27,216 nt of DNA from an uncultured Deinococcales bacterium (GCA_964247135.1 CAXTTL010000036.1:1-27216), one strand, 5' to 3'. Positions 1 through 8,551 are shown, counted from the stretch's first letter. Numbers and translations are program-made. Notes: generated from the letters alone by a model not told the origin.

Positions 1-53
<53 letters not shown>

Positions 54-73
54 AAGATTGAAGGAAGAAGTGA

Positions 74-102
74 CCCCTCGAGAAATCGGAGGGGATTTTT
101 TT
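74..102 (+). terminator. Intrinsic terminator downstream of tRNA-Gly
   Basis: CCCCTCGA-GAAA-TCGGAGGGG hairpin (one bulge) followed by ATTTTTTT. Confidence 0.8.
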
Positions 103-192
103 ATCTTCGCATGTCTGTGACTTGCTCAGCATTAGGCGGACCATTTGGGTCGAGGATTTGGAATAGAAAGGAGTTCAAACTAACCCCGCACT

Positions 193-555
193 TTATGCCT
201 TGTCGTGAATTGTTATGACATAACCATCGGGGTCTTTGAAACGAAATGTCATCCCAAAAGGACCAACTGTCGGCTCATCAAGGAGGTCAACGTTATGTTC
301 TCGCAGTCTTGCATACAACTCTATGGAATTGTCGCAAAGAAACCAAAGGGCTGCGCCATAACCGAGCGGAGATTGTTCCAAAGGCTGGTGAGGTTTTCTG
401 ACCGCAAATGGAATTGGAGTTGTCAGAAACAAGACACCGTCGGGTGGTGAATTTGGTGCTCGAGGGAGTCCGAGTACCTCGGAATAGAACTTTGCCGACT
501 TTTCAAAATCGGGTACCTGAAGCGCAATAAAGTCTGGACCTTTCACGATTGCCAT
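193..555 (-). CDS. VOC/glyoxalase family protein
   Basis: 120 aa with FYSEVLGL and GPFGMTFRFKDPDGYVITIH motifs typical of VOC proteins. RBS AGGAGG upstream. Confidence 0.9.
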   Translation of the reverse strand: MAIVKGPDFIALQVPDFEKSAKFYSEVLGLPRAPNSPPDGVLFLTTPIPFAVRKPHQPLEQSPLGYGAALWFLCDNSIELYARLREHNVDLLDEPTVGPFGMTFRFKDPDGYVITIHDKA

Positions 556-574
556 AACGACCTCCTGGTGGTAT

Positions 575-616
575 CATATCAGTACGCTGATAGTGTAGTA
601 TCAGCGTACTGATATG
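575..616. promoter_or_regulatory. Probable MarR operator pair between the divergent VOC and marR genes
   Basis: Perfect 18-bp inverted repeat CATATCAGTACGCTGATA-gtgtag-TATCAGCGTACTGATATG. Each arm is itself a TATCAG-N4-CTGATA palindrome. Confidence 0.75.
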
Positions 617-630
617 TCAAGGGGTTGACG

Positions 631-1071
631 ATGGATTCTATCGGAATGAGCAACGGATTGGGCTATCTTATTAAGGAAGTTCAACAGGACATTAGGAAGA
701 AAATGGATAAGCGTCTTTCTGGGATCGACTTAACCACTCCTCAGTATTCCGTTTTGGCACAATTGCAGGAATTCCCAGGTCTCTCGAATGCAGAACTTGC
801 CAGAAAAAGTTTTGTGACACCTCAGACCATGAACTTAATCGTACAGAAGTTGGAGGAAAGAAGGCTCATTCGTCGGACCATCTCCACGACGCATGGAAAG
901 ATTATCAACACAGAAATTATGGGGGAGGGACTTGAACTCCTCACCAAGGCTCATAAAATGGTCCAAGACGTACAGCAAGAAATCTTTGGTGTGCTTTCAA
1001 ATGAAGAATCGGTCACTTTGTCAGTGATTTTAAAGAAGTTGAGGAAAAACGCTCGTGTCAAAACGAATTAA
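631..1071 (+). CDS. MarR family transcriptional regulator
   Basis: LTTPQYSVL...LSNAELARKSFVTPQTMNLIVQKLEERRLIRR winged-helix signature. Start is TTG 625 or ATG 631. Confidence 0.9.
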   Translation: MDSIGMSNGLGYLIKEVQQDIRKKMDKRLSGIDLTTPQYSVLAQLQEFPGLSNAELARKSFVTPQTMNLIVQKLEERRLIRRTISTTHGKIINTEIMGEGLELLTKAHKMVQDVQQEIFGVLSNEESVTLSVILKKLRKNARVKTN

Positions 1072-1078
1072 CTCAAGA

Positions 1079-1201
1079 TCAGCACGTTCTACTCCTGAAA
1101 AAAAGCTCGAGAATAAATTCTTCGGGGCTGCTGTGTTTTTGTGTCGCCAGTTGCCTTATTTTGTTGTCAAGGTGTGGTTCCAACTCGAGTTGTAACGTCA
1201 T
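1079..1201 (-). pseudogene. Truncated antitoxin-like (RHH-type N-terminus) ORF, 40 aa
   Basis: MTLQLELEPHLDNKIRQLATQKHSSPEEFILE resembles the N-terminus of 7160..7543 (MTLTLNLEPKLEQRLRFEAAQHGVPLETWL). GAGGTG RBS upstream. Ends abruptly next to marR. Confidence 0.55.
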
Positions 1202-1268
1202 GATGCACCTCAATTCTGGGTCAAGTGTACTCGAAAAATAGTGTTTTTGTATGTCTCGAGCATCCTTT

Positions 1269-1311
1269 GAGCTTTCACTTTTGCCCAGTTTTGCTACAAT
1301 GCCACCATGAA
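1269..1311 (+). repeat. Copy 1 of a 43-bp promoter-containing direct repeat
   Basis: gagctttcacttttgcccagttttgcTACAATgccaccATGaa, 37/43 identical to 2739..2781. Confidence 0.8.
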
Positions 1312-1346
1312 CACCCACCTCGAGTTGCTGTGAAAAAGGAAAAAAT

Positions 1347-1583
1347 ATGCCGAGCATTACTCTAAATGCCCATTTTGACGGTCAGCGAATCACACTGGAC
1401 GAACCTTTCGAGATTCCATCCAATGCCAAACTGCTGGTCACAATTTTGGAAACACCTGATCTCGAGCAAGACGAGTGGACAGGGTTTTCTTTGCGGAATC
1501 TGGCTCGAGCATATTCGAACGATGAACCAGAATATCCCGTGTCTGCGCTGAAAGAAGTCAACCCAGAGTATGCGCGAAGCTGA
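1347..1583 (+). CDS. Putative antitoxin paired with the downstream PemK/MazF toxin
   Basis: 78 aa, acidic C-terminus (LARAYSNDEPEY), overlaps the toxin start by 14 nt, AAAGGA RBS. Confidence 0.7.
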   Translation: MPSITLNAHFDGQRITLDEPFEIPSNAKLLVTILETPDLEQDEWTGFSLRNLARAYSNDEPEYPVSALKEVNPEYARS

Positions 1584-1908
1584 AATTGTGCTTGTGCCAT
1601 TGCCTCAAGCGGATGGTCAAATCAAGAATCGTCCAGCGTTGTTCTTGCGGGAAATGCCACCGTTCAATGACGCTTTGTTGTGCGGTATCAGCACGCAATT
1701 GTCTCGAGGAGTCAAAGGTTTTGATGAGGTCATCACGCCGTCTGACGAGGATTTTGCTTCGAGTGGCTTGGTGTCAGCTTCAGTCATTCGGCTTGGCTTT
1801 TTGTCGGTTGTTCCGCGTAGTCAATTGCTTGGTAGTATTGGTTTTGTTTCTGCGGCACGACATAAACGGCTTTTGAAGAATTTAAGCGAATATTTGCTGA
1901 AAGTGTAA
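1570..1908 (+). CDS. PemK/MazF family toxin (endoribonuclease)
   Basis: EIVLVPLPQADGQIKNRPAL and later S..IRL...IG motifs of the PemK fold. Confidence 0.85.
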   Translation: MREAEIVLVPLPQADGQIKNRPALFLREMPPFNDALLCGISTQLSRGVKGFDEVITPSDEDFASSGLVSASVIRLGFLSVVPRSQLLGSIGFVSAARHKRLLKNLSEYLLKV

Positions 1909-2101
1909 AATCTCGAGCTACCGAATTTGGTGTTGTACAACTTTGTGCTTCAATAATTCTAGTGGCAACACATGAAAGAAAGACTCGAGAAAATATGGGT
2001 CGTTTTCGGCTGCCAGAATCGCTTTTGCACAAATGTGCTGCTCGAAATTACGATAATAAATATGACACATTGGCATTCCAAAAAGTAGTAAATTTAGTAG
2101 T

Positions 2102-2356
2102 ATGCAAAGTAATCAACATCAGAAAATCAGTGTCAGTTTACCACCAGAATTAATTAAGTATGCTGACCAGTACGAACAAATTCATGGTCTAAAAAGCCGT
2201 AGCGATGTGCTCGCAAAAGCGCTTTGGGCTTTGCGGGAACAAGAACTGATCGAAAGTTATCGCCAAGCCACCAAAGATCATCTCGAGAATCCAGACCCAT
2301 TTCTCGAGGTTGGAATAAATGATGGTCTCGAGCCGAGTACCGAAGACACGTGGTGA
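2102..2356 (+). CDS. Ribbon-helix-helix (CopG-like) antitoxin
   Basis: KISVSLPPEL...SRSDVLAKAL RHH pattern with acidic tail, overlapping the toxin start. Confidence 0.85.
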   Translation: MQSNQHQKISVSLPPELIKYADQYEQIHGLKSRSDVLAKALWALREQELIESYRQATKDHLENPDPFLEVGINDGLEPSTEDTW

Positions 2357-2706
2357 AAACCTTGTTCAGGCGTGGTGATATTGTCCTGGTTAATTTTGCG
2401 CCGGCAAGGGAGGGCGAGGCGAATTTCACACGCCCTGCCGTGATTGTGAGCAATAATTTTGTGAATGCTGACCTGTTTGTTGTGGTTGTGATTCCTTTAA
2501 CCAGCACCATTGATCGTTTGTATTCGTTTGATTTGTTATTGCCTCTCGAGCGGACGGAATTGGACAAAGACAGCAAAGCACAAGTGAATTTGATTCGGCA
2601 CATTGCACAGACCCGTTTGATCAAAACAATTGGTGTTGTTCCCACAGACCTGATGCTTGAATTGGATGAGAAGATCAAAATCCATCTTGCTTTGACGGTT
2701 CGATAG
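2350..2706 (+). CDS. PemK/MazF family toxin (endoribonuclease)
   Basis: RRGDIVLVNFAPAREGEANFTRPAVIVSNN...VIPLTS...DSKAQ canonical MazF motifs. Confidence 0.92.
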   Translation: MVKTLFRRGDIVLVNFAPAREGEANFTRPAVIVSNNFVNADLFVVVVIPLTSTIDRLYSFDLLLPLERTELDKDSKAQVNLIRHIAQTRLIKTIGVVPTDLMLELDEKIKIHLALTVR

Positions 2707-2738
2707 TCGAAACGTTCCGTTCATTAAACCAGCAGCTC

Positions 2739-2781
2739 GAGCTTTCACTTTTACCGAATTTTGGTACAATACGACCATGAA
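2739..2781 (+). repeat. Copy 2 of the 43-bp promoter-containing direct repeat
   Basis: gagctttcacttttaccgaattttggTACAATacgaccATGaa, with the -10 TACAAT 6 nt before the ATG of the hicB-like ORF. Confidence 0.8.
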
Positions 2782-2932
2782 ACAAACTTACACCGCCATC
2801 ATCAAACAAGACGCGAATTGGTGGATTGGCTGGATTGAAGAAGTCCCTGGGGTCAACTGCCAAGAAGATTCTCGAGAGGCGCTGCTGGTTTCGTTAAAAG
2901 AAACGCTTCTCGAAGCGCTCGAGCCAAATTAA
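2777..2932 (+). pseudogene. HicB-like antitoxin, probably C-terminally truncated, no hicA partner (51 aa, not in the ORF track)
   Basis: MKQTYTAIIKQDANWWIGWIEEVPGVNCQEDSREALLVSLKETLLEALEPN*: HicB N-terminal fold motif (WIEEVPGVN-Q--SREEL-like). Confidence 0.75.
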
Positions 2933-2970
2933 GCAAATGCTTTCTCGAGCATCATTGTCTTCTGGTTGAT

Positions 2971-3714
2971 CTATCGCAACGCCACCAAGTACAGTTGTGC
3001 GCCTTCACTGCCTAAGCCTGCAATGTTGGTGTCCCAAGTGATGGTGTAATCCCCTGCGGTGTTTACCATTTTGTACGCGGCGGCGACTTGAATGTAACCA
3101 CTGGTGCTCAGGCTGACGAGTCCTGTCGCGCCTGGAATCAGGGTAAAACCCTCGCCAGGAACGGCTTTGTGCTTGTCGCCCACGGCTCGAGTGCCGCCTG
3201 AACCCCACCACCAGGCGACCAGCATCGCCGCACCGTTGGTGTGTACTTTGACGCTCGAGATGGTGTTGGCGGCGTGGCGTTCGACCCAACTGCTGTCTTC
3301 GATGGTGGTCGCGCCCGTGACTTCGACGGCAGAAACCGTGACCTCGTCGTTGTTGTTCCAGAGCATTGAGAAGATGTGATTGACGCCACCAATGGCGTTA
3401 TTGGCGTGGTACAAACCTGTGGCGCTGTTCGTCCAGTCGATGTACGTGTGCGTGCTGCCCAGCAGGTCAAAGGTGTTGTTGTGATTGTCACTTGGAGGAT
3501 TTGGTGCGCTCGCCCAATCACCTCGAGCCAGGCTGACCAGCAACACCGAACCCGATTTTTGTGTGGTGACGGCGTTGGTGTCGAGCGTGCCTGTTGTGGG
3601 CGGTTGCGCAATGATGCGTTGTGCGATGGCGCTTGCGCCAATCTCCAACGGTTTTGGTTTGATCTCGGCTTGGGTTGCACAACCCAACAGGATCAAAGCG
3701 CTTGATCCGATCAA
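2971..3714 (-). CDS. Hypothetical secreted lipoprotein (beta-rich)
   Basis: Hydrophobic stretch ending in lipobox LLGC, Thr/Gly/Asn-rich body. Start uncertain: an in-frame ATG at 3780 is separated from it by a TGA at 3748-3750. Confidence 0.75.
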   Translation of the reverse strand: MIGSSALILLGCATQAEIKPKPLEIGASAIAQRIIAQPPTTGTLDTNAVTTQKSGSVLLVSLARGDWASAPNPPSDNHNNTFDLLGSTHTYIDWTNSATGLYHANNAIGGVNHIFSMLWNNNDEVTVSAVEVTGATTIEDSSWVERHAANTISSVKVHTNGAAMLVAWWWGSGGTRAVGDKHKAVPGEGFTLIPGATGLVSLSTSGYIQVAAAYKMVNTAGDYTITWDTNIAGLGSEGAQLYLVALR

Positions 3715-4016
3715 AACAATGTGGTGTCTGATGTTCGCACCTGCCTTTCAAAAGGTCGTTGAAGCAGCGTTGCTTGTCATTGTAAACACAAACGCCTTTT
3801 GTTCGATGAAGAGAACCCGAGTTTTTGCGGCTAGGTCAATTGGCGCATTCGTAGCTCGAGGCTCAAGTCTTAAACTCGGGTGACCTTTAGGGGTGATTCA
3901 AGATGCGGCAAACCTTTTAAAACCAATGCAAATAAAAATATTGGTCTCGAGCTTGACACGCTCGAGTTGGTGTATTGCCAGAATTTTTGCTTGAATCGCT
4001 TTGAAAGGATGTTTTT

Positions 4017-5279
4017 TTGACCCGTTTTCCTTTGCCTGCCGAGCGCGTTTTTATCGCGTTCAATTTGATTGCCTCCTTGTGTTTTGGTGTGGTGTTCGCG
4101 GTGAACACCTTGTATTACGCGACCACCGTTCGTCTTGACCCTTTGCAACTGGTCTTGGTTGGAACGATGCTCGAGTTCAGCGCTTTTGTTTTTGAAGTGC
4201 CAACGGGTGTCGTGGCGGACGTGTTTTCGCGTCGGCTGTCGATCATGATTGGTTATGTGTTGATCGGTTGCGCCTTCATCTTCGAGGGTCTCGTCCCGAT
4301 GTTCTGGGCAATTTTAGCCTCTCAGTTTTTGTGGGGTTTGGGCATCACCTTCACCTCTGGTGCAGTTCAAGCTTGGCTTTCGGACGAGATTGGCGAGGCG
4401 CAAGCGGCAAGGGTTTTCTTGCGCACGGCGCGACTCGAGCAAGCTTTTGGGATTCTGGTCATTCCGATCTCGACGGTGCTGGCGATCACCACCAATATTC
4501 GTATACCGATTGTGACAGGCGGCTTGGGGTTTGTTTTGCTGGCGGTGTTCTTGTTTTTCTGTATGCCCGAACAAGGTTTTCGCCCTGCCCCAAGGGAAAA
4601 TCGCAACACCTGGCAGCACATGGGGCAAATCTTTCTCGAGGGTTTGCAGGTGGTGCGTTCAAAACCTGGTTTGCAATGGATTTTGATCATCAGCGTGATT
4701 TTTGGCGCGGCGAGCGAATCGTTTGACCGTCTCTGGCAAGTGCATTTTCTGTCGTTTCAATTTCCAACAATCGGACTTTTGAGCAGCCTCCACCTCGAAC
4801 AAACGCGTTTGGTCTGGTTTGGTTTGATTGGTTTGGGACTGAGTGTTGTCGTGATGCCATTGATTCACCTTCTCGAGCGTCGTGTCAACACCAGCCATTT
4901 TGGGGCGACGGCTCGAGCCTTGCTGGGCTTGACTTTGGGCTTGATGGTTTTTGTGGTCGTATTTGCTTTGGCTGGCAACTTTGCCTTGGCATTGTTGGGT
5001 TATTTGGGTGCTCGAGCCATGCGTTCTTTGATGGAACCACTCTCGCAAGCTTGGATCAATCAGGGACTCGAATCGCAAACCCGAGCGACGGTGCTGTCGA
5101 TGAATTCCCAAGCCGATGCGGTGGGGCAGATGGCTGGTGGACCAGTGATTGGTTGGCTGGGCAAGACCAGTTTGCGCTTGGCGTTGCTGGCAGGCGCAGG
5201 CTTGTTGCTGCCTGCGCTGGGCGTGTTCACCCGCACGTTGCGTCCATCTGAGAATACGGTCACTCGAGCCATCGAATAG
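4017..5279 (+). CDS. MFS transporter, TetA(P)/Tet(40)-like family
   Basis: 420 aa, multiple TM segments. LDPLQLVLVGTMLE...FEVPTGVVADVFSRRLSI resembles TetA(P). AAAGGA RBS before the TTG start. Confidence 0.88.
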   Translation: MTRFPLPAERVFIAFNLIASLCFGVVFAVNTLYYATTVRLDPLQLVLVGTMLEFSAFVFEVPTGVVADVFSRRLSIMIGYVLIGCAFIFEGLVPMFWAILASQFLWGLGITFTSGAVQAWLSDEIGEAQAARVFLRTARLEQAFGILVIPISTVLAITTNIRIPIVTGGLGFVLLAVFLFFCMPEQGFRPAPRENRNTWQHMGQIFLEGLQVVRSKPGLQWILIISVIFGAASESFDRLWQVHFLSFQFPTIGLLSSLHLEQTRLVWFGLIGLGLSVVVMPLIHLLERRVNTSHFGATARALLGLTLGLMVFVVVFALAGNFALALLGYLGARAMRSLMEPLSQAWINQGLESQTRATVLSMNSQADAVGQMAGGPVIGWLGKTSLRLALLAGAGLLLPALGVFTRTLRPSENTVTRAIE

Positions 5280-5283
5280 GTTT

Positions 5284-5964
5284 TTAAGTCGGTCTGATCA
5301 CCACTTGCGTCAACATCGAATCCCGTGGTGTCTCGAGCATCATTTTGATTGTGTTTGCCAGGGTTTCGGGTTGAATGTAATTTTCGGGTTCGTATGCCAG
5401 GTTTTCTTGGCTGCGAACTTTTTCCTGCATCTTCGTGGCGGTGCGTCCTGGGTAAACGGTCATGACGCGAATGCCGTTGGGGTTTTCTTCGGCGCTGAGG
5501 GCATCGTTAAAAGCGCGAAGTGCAAATTTTGAGGCGGCGTAAGCGCCCCAACCAGCGTTGGCGGTCAAACCCGCGCCAGAGTTCACGAACAACACCTGCC
5601 CTCGAGCCTCACGCAAACGATTTAAACAAACTTGAGTGAGTTCGACACACGCCAGCAAATTGACGTTTAACATCTCGTGCCACACCTCGAGCGGCGTGTC
5701 TTCCACCGTACCGAGTTCGCCCACGCCAGCGTTGTGAATCAGGTTGTCAATTCTTGGGAATTTTTCCAATGCCGCCGCGAACGATTCGGGTTTTTGAAGC
5801 TCGAGAAGCAAAGGCTTGGAATTGGGAATGCTCGAGCAGAGCGTTTCGAGTTTTTCTGGGTTGCGTCCAGTCAAAATCAAGTCATGGTCTTTTAAAGCTC
5901 GAGCCAAGGCTGCACCAATGCCGCCTGTGGCGCCTGTAATCACCGTGACGGGCTTAGTGGGCAT
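5284..5964 (-). CDS. Short-chain dehydrogenase/reductase
   Basis: TGATGGIG cofactor motif, HNAG, catalytic YAASK. ATG at 5964 overlaps the fabG stop by 11 nt. Confidence 0.9.
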   Translation of the reverse strand: MPTKPVTVITGATGGIGAALARALKDHDLILTGRNPEKLETLCSSIPNSKPLLLELQKPESFAAALEKFPRIDNLIHNAGVGELGTVEDTPLEVWHEMLNVNLLACVELTQVCLNRLREARGQVLFVNSGAGLTANAGWGAYAASKFALRAFNDALSAEENPNGIRVMTVYPGRTATKMQEKVRSQENLAYEPENYIQPETLANTIKMMLETPRDSMLTQVVIRPT

Positions 5965-6697
5965 ATAAGCCCCCGTCAATCGCAATGGTCTGTCCGTTGA
6001 TGTATCCTGCCTCTTCTGACGCCAAAAATGCGACCAGTGCCGCGACCTCTTCGGGCGCTCCAAAACGCCCTGCTGGAATGTTCTCGAGGTACTTGGCTTG
6101 CACGTTCTCGGGCAGTTTGTCGGTCATGTCGCTGGCGATAAACCCTGGTGCGACGGCGTTGCAGGTAATATTTTTCCCTGCGTATTCTTTGGCAATCGCT
6201 TTGGTCAGACCGATCAAACCCGCCTTGGCGCTGATGTAATTGGCTTGCCCTGGGTTGCCCATCAAACCCACCACGCTCGAGATGTTGACGATGCGTCCAT
6301 ATTTGGCGTTCATCATGCTGCGCAGTGCGGTGCGAATCAGGGCGAATGGTGCAGAAAGGTTGGTTTCGATCACCGCATCCCAATCTTCGTCTTTCATGCG
6401 CAACACCAGACCGTCGCGGGTGATGCCAGCGTTGTTGACCAGCACCTCGAGTCCACCGAGTTTTTCGACGGCTTGGGTCACAACGGCTTTTCCGCCTTCG
6501 ATGCTCGAGAGATCACCTTGCACCAGCACGGCTTGACCGCCGCCAGCCGTAATTTCGGCAGCCACCGCTTGCGCTTCGGCTTCGCTTTTGCCGTAATGCA
6601 CGGCAACAAAAAAACCGCGTTTCCCAAGCTCGAGGGCGATGGCGCGACCCAAACCTCGAGATGCGCCGGTGACAAGTGTTTTACGGGATGTGGTCAT
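5954..6697 (-). CDS. fabG: 3-oxoacyl-ACP reductase
   Basis: TGASRGLG, NNAGITRDGL, GNPGQANYISAKAG, NAVAPGFI motifs. Confidence 0.97.
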   Translation of the reverse strand: MTTSRKTLVTGASRGLGRAIALELGKRGFFVAVHYGKSEAEAQAVAAEITAGGGQAVLVQGDLSSIEGGKAVVTQAVEKLGGLEVLVNNAGITRDGLVLRMKDEDWDAVIETNLSAPFALIRTALRSMMNAKYGRIVNISSVVGLMGNPGQANYISAKAGLIGLTKAIAKEYAGKNITCNAVAPGFIASDMTDKLPENVQAKYLENIPAGRFGAPEEVAALVAFLASEEAGYINGQTIAIDGGLYAH

Positions 6698-6740
6698 GGG
6701 GTTTAGTTTAACTTTTTAAGCTCGACTTTGACCAGATTGT

Positions 6741-7163
6741 TTAGGATGTTGGGGTTCTTGGATGGACTCCCGTCAGGAAGAGCACTTGACGTAAATTCAC
6801 GACTCGAGTGCGATTCAAATCAAGCTTGGAAATGGTGGCTCGAGCCGTTGGGGTTAAGCCAATCAAAATGGTGGTGTCATCGCTCCAAGCAAAATGTTCT
6901 TGCCAACCGTCAATACGGGGATGGTACAAACGAACGTGTTCGCCAGTGACCGTATCCAAGCCATGCGTGCTCGTATACTTGCGGTTGTTGCAACCCTGAC
7001 AGGATAAAGCCAGATTTTCCAAATCGTCAGAACCACCTTGAACTTTGGCAACAATGTGTTCAACGGCAAAATCATCACTCGAGTAATCGTATGGACTTTG
7101 GCAATATTCACAACATCCGTTTGCCCGTTCAATAACAGCAAGTCGAATTTCGTTTTGATTCAT
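6741..7163 (-). CDS. HNH endonuclease
   Basis: CEYC...VEHIVAKVQGGSDDLENLALSCQGCNNRK zinc-finger HNH motif. Confidence 0.92.
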   Translation of the reverse strand: MNQNEIRLAVIERANGCCEYCQSPYDYSSDDFAVEHIVAKVQGGSDDLENLALSCQGCNNRKYTSTHGLDTVTGEHVRLYHPRIDGWQEHFAWSDDTTILIGLTPTARATISKLDLNRTRVVNLRQVLFLTGVHPRTPTS

Positions 7164-7543
7164 GATTCAACAGCAACGGGTTGCAAACCAAATTGCAAAC
7201 GCAAGGCTTGGACGGTGGTGTTGCGCCGTGTGGCGAGTTCAACCAGCGCTTGGGTTCTTTGCAAGGTTAATTCTTCGGTCTGGTCAGACATTGAAATCAA
7301 TTCGTCTTGCTCGAGGTTGGTTAATATTTGAGCATTGCGTTTTTGGATCAGGTCACGGTAACGTTGCCAAAACGATTCTGGCAATCCAGTCGTAATGCCT
7401 TGCAATAAAACTGCATCAGAAACGCTTGTGTAACGCCGCTCGAGTTCTTGTGTCAACCAGGTTTCGAGCGGAACACCGTGTTGCGCTGCTTCAAAACGCA
7501 GGCGTTGCTCGAGTTTCGGTTCGAGGTTTAAGGTGAGTGTCAT
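7160..7543 (-). CDS. Hypothetical antitoxin-like protein coupled to the HNH gene
   Basis: 127 aa, MTLTLNLEP RHH-like N-terminus, ATGA overlap with the HNH gene. Confidence 0.75.
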   Translation of the reverse strand: MTLTLNLEPKLEQRLRFEAAQHGVPLETWLTQELERRYTSVSDAVLLQGITTGLPESFWQRYRDLIQKRNAQILTNLEQDELISMSDQTEELTLQRTQALVELATRRNTTVQALRLQFGLQPVAVES

Positions 7544-7597
7544 ACAAAAATGTTAGCACCAACTTGAAGGCATGACCAAGTGAACAAGCACATTGGT

Positions 7598-8515
7598 TTA
7601 ATGCGCCAAAACGTATTTCTCGAGGTCTTCTGGGCTACCAATGTTAAACGTTTTTGCTTCGGGCAAAATGCGTTTGATCATGCCCGTCAACGCCGTTCCA
7701 GCCCCAAATTCAATAAATTCTGTCGCGCCCAAAGCCTCGAGCCTCAAAATACTTTCGACCCAGCGCACGCTGCCCGTGACTTGTTTGGACAATAATTCTG
7801 GTAACGCCAGCGGGTCGGAATTCTCGAGCGCGGTGACGTTCGCTACAACAGGGTAGTTAAAATCATGAAATTCGGTGACCGCCAAATCCTTCTCGAGCCG
7901 TTCTCTGGCGGGTTGCATTAAGCTCGAGTGAAATGGCGCGGAAACTTGAAGCGGGATGACCCTTGCCCCTTTGGCTTTTAAAGCCTCGTTGGCGGCGGCA
8001 ACGCTGGCGGTTGAACCAGAAATCACGGTTTGCTCGGGCGTGTTGAGGTTGGCGACTTCCACCCCGTTAATGCCGTCTACAACTTCACGGATGACCTCGA
8101 GATTGACTTTGAGAACGGCGGACATTGCGCCTTCGCCCACGGGAACAGCCGCCTGCATGTAATGACCTCGGGCGCGAACCAGGCGCAGCGCGTCATCAAA
8201 CTCCAAAGCTTTGGTGGCGACCAAGGCACTGAATTCACCGAGGCTGTGACCCGCCGCAAAACTCGGGCGGGCATCGGTTCTGGCACGCCAAGCGCGGTAA
8301 CAGGCGAGGCTCGAGGCAACCAGGGCGGGTTGGGCGTTCTCGGTGAGTTTCAGGCTTTCTTCAGGACCTTCAAACATCAATTGCTCGAGTCCTGGCAGCA
8401 CGGCAAAGGCACGCTCTAAAGTGGCGCGGGCGGAGTCGTTGTTTTCAAAAAAGTCTTTGGTCATGCCGACGCTTTGCGAACCTTGACCAGGGAAAAGTGC
8501 TGCAATGGTTGCCAT
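7598..8515 (-). CDS. fabD: Malonyl-CoA:ACP transacylase
   Basis: FPGQGSQ, GHSLGE active site, VSAPFHS motifs. Confidence 0.97.
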   Translation of the reverse strand: MATIAALFPGQGSQSVGMTKDFFENNDSARATLERAFAVLPGLEQLMFEGPEESLKLTENAQPALVASSLACYRAWRARTDARPSFAAGHSLGEFSALVATKALEFDDALRLVRARGHYMQAAVPVGEGAMSAVLKVNLEVIREVVDGINGVEVANLNTPEQTVISGSTASVAAANEALKAKGARVIPLQVSAPFHSSLMQPARERLEKDLAVTEFHDFNYPVVANVTALENSDPLALPELLSKQVTGSVRWVESILRLEALGATEFIEFGAGTALTGMIKRILPEAKTFNIGSPEDLEKYVLAH

Positions 8516-8551
8516 CGTCACAGTTTAACCGAAAGTTTGCACGTGGCGCGA

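Noticed and set aside
1971-2089. 38-codon ORF MKERLEKIWVVFGC... between the TA modules
   Set aside because: No recognisable motif or convincing RBS, so coding status cannot be supported.
2943-2956. TCTCGAGCATCATT recurring at about 2943, 5331 and 15821
   Set aside because: Explained by the abundant core hexamer plus Met-Leu-Glu codons. There is no longer shared context.
3748-3750. Selenocysteine recoding of the TGA
   Set aside because: It lies in a signal-peptide region with no redox motif or evident SECIS hairpin.
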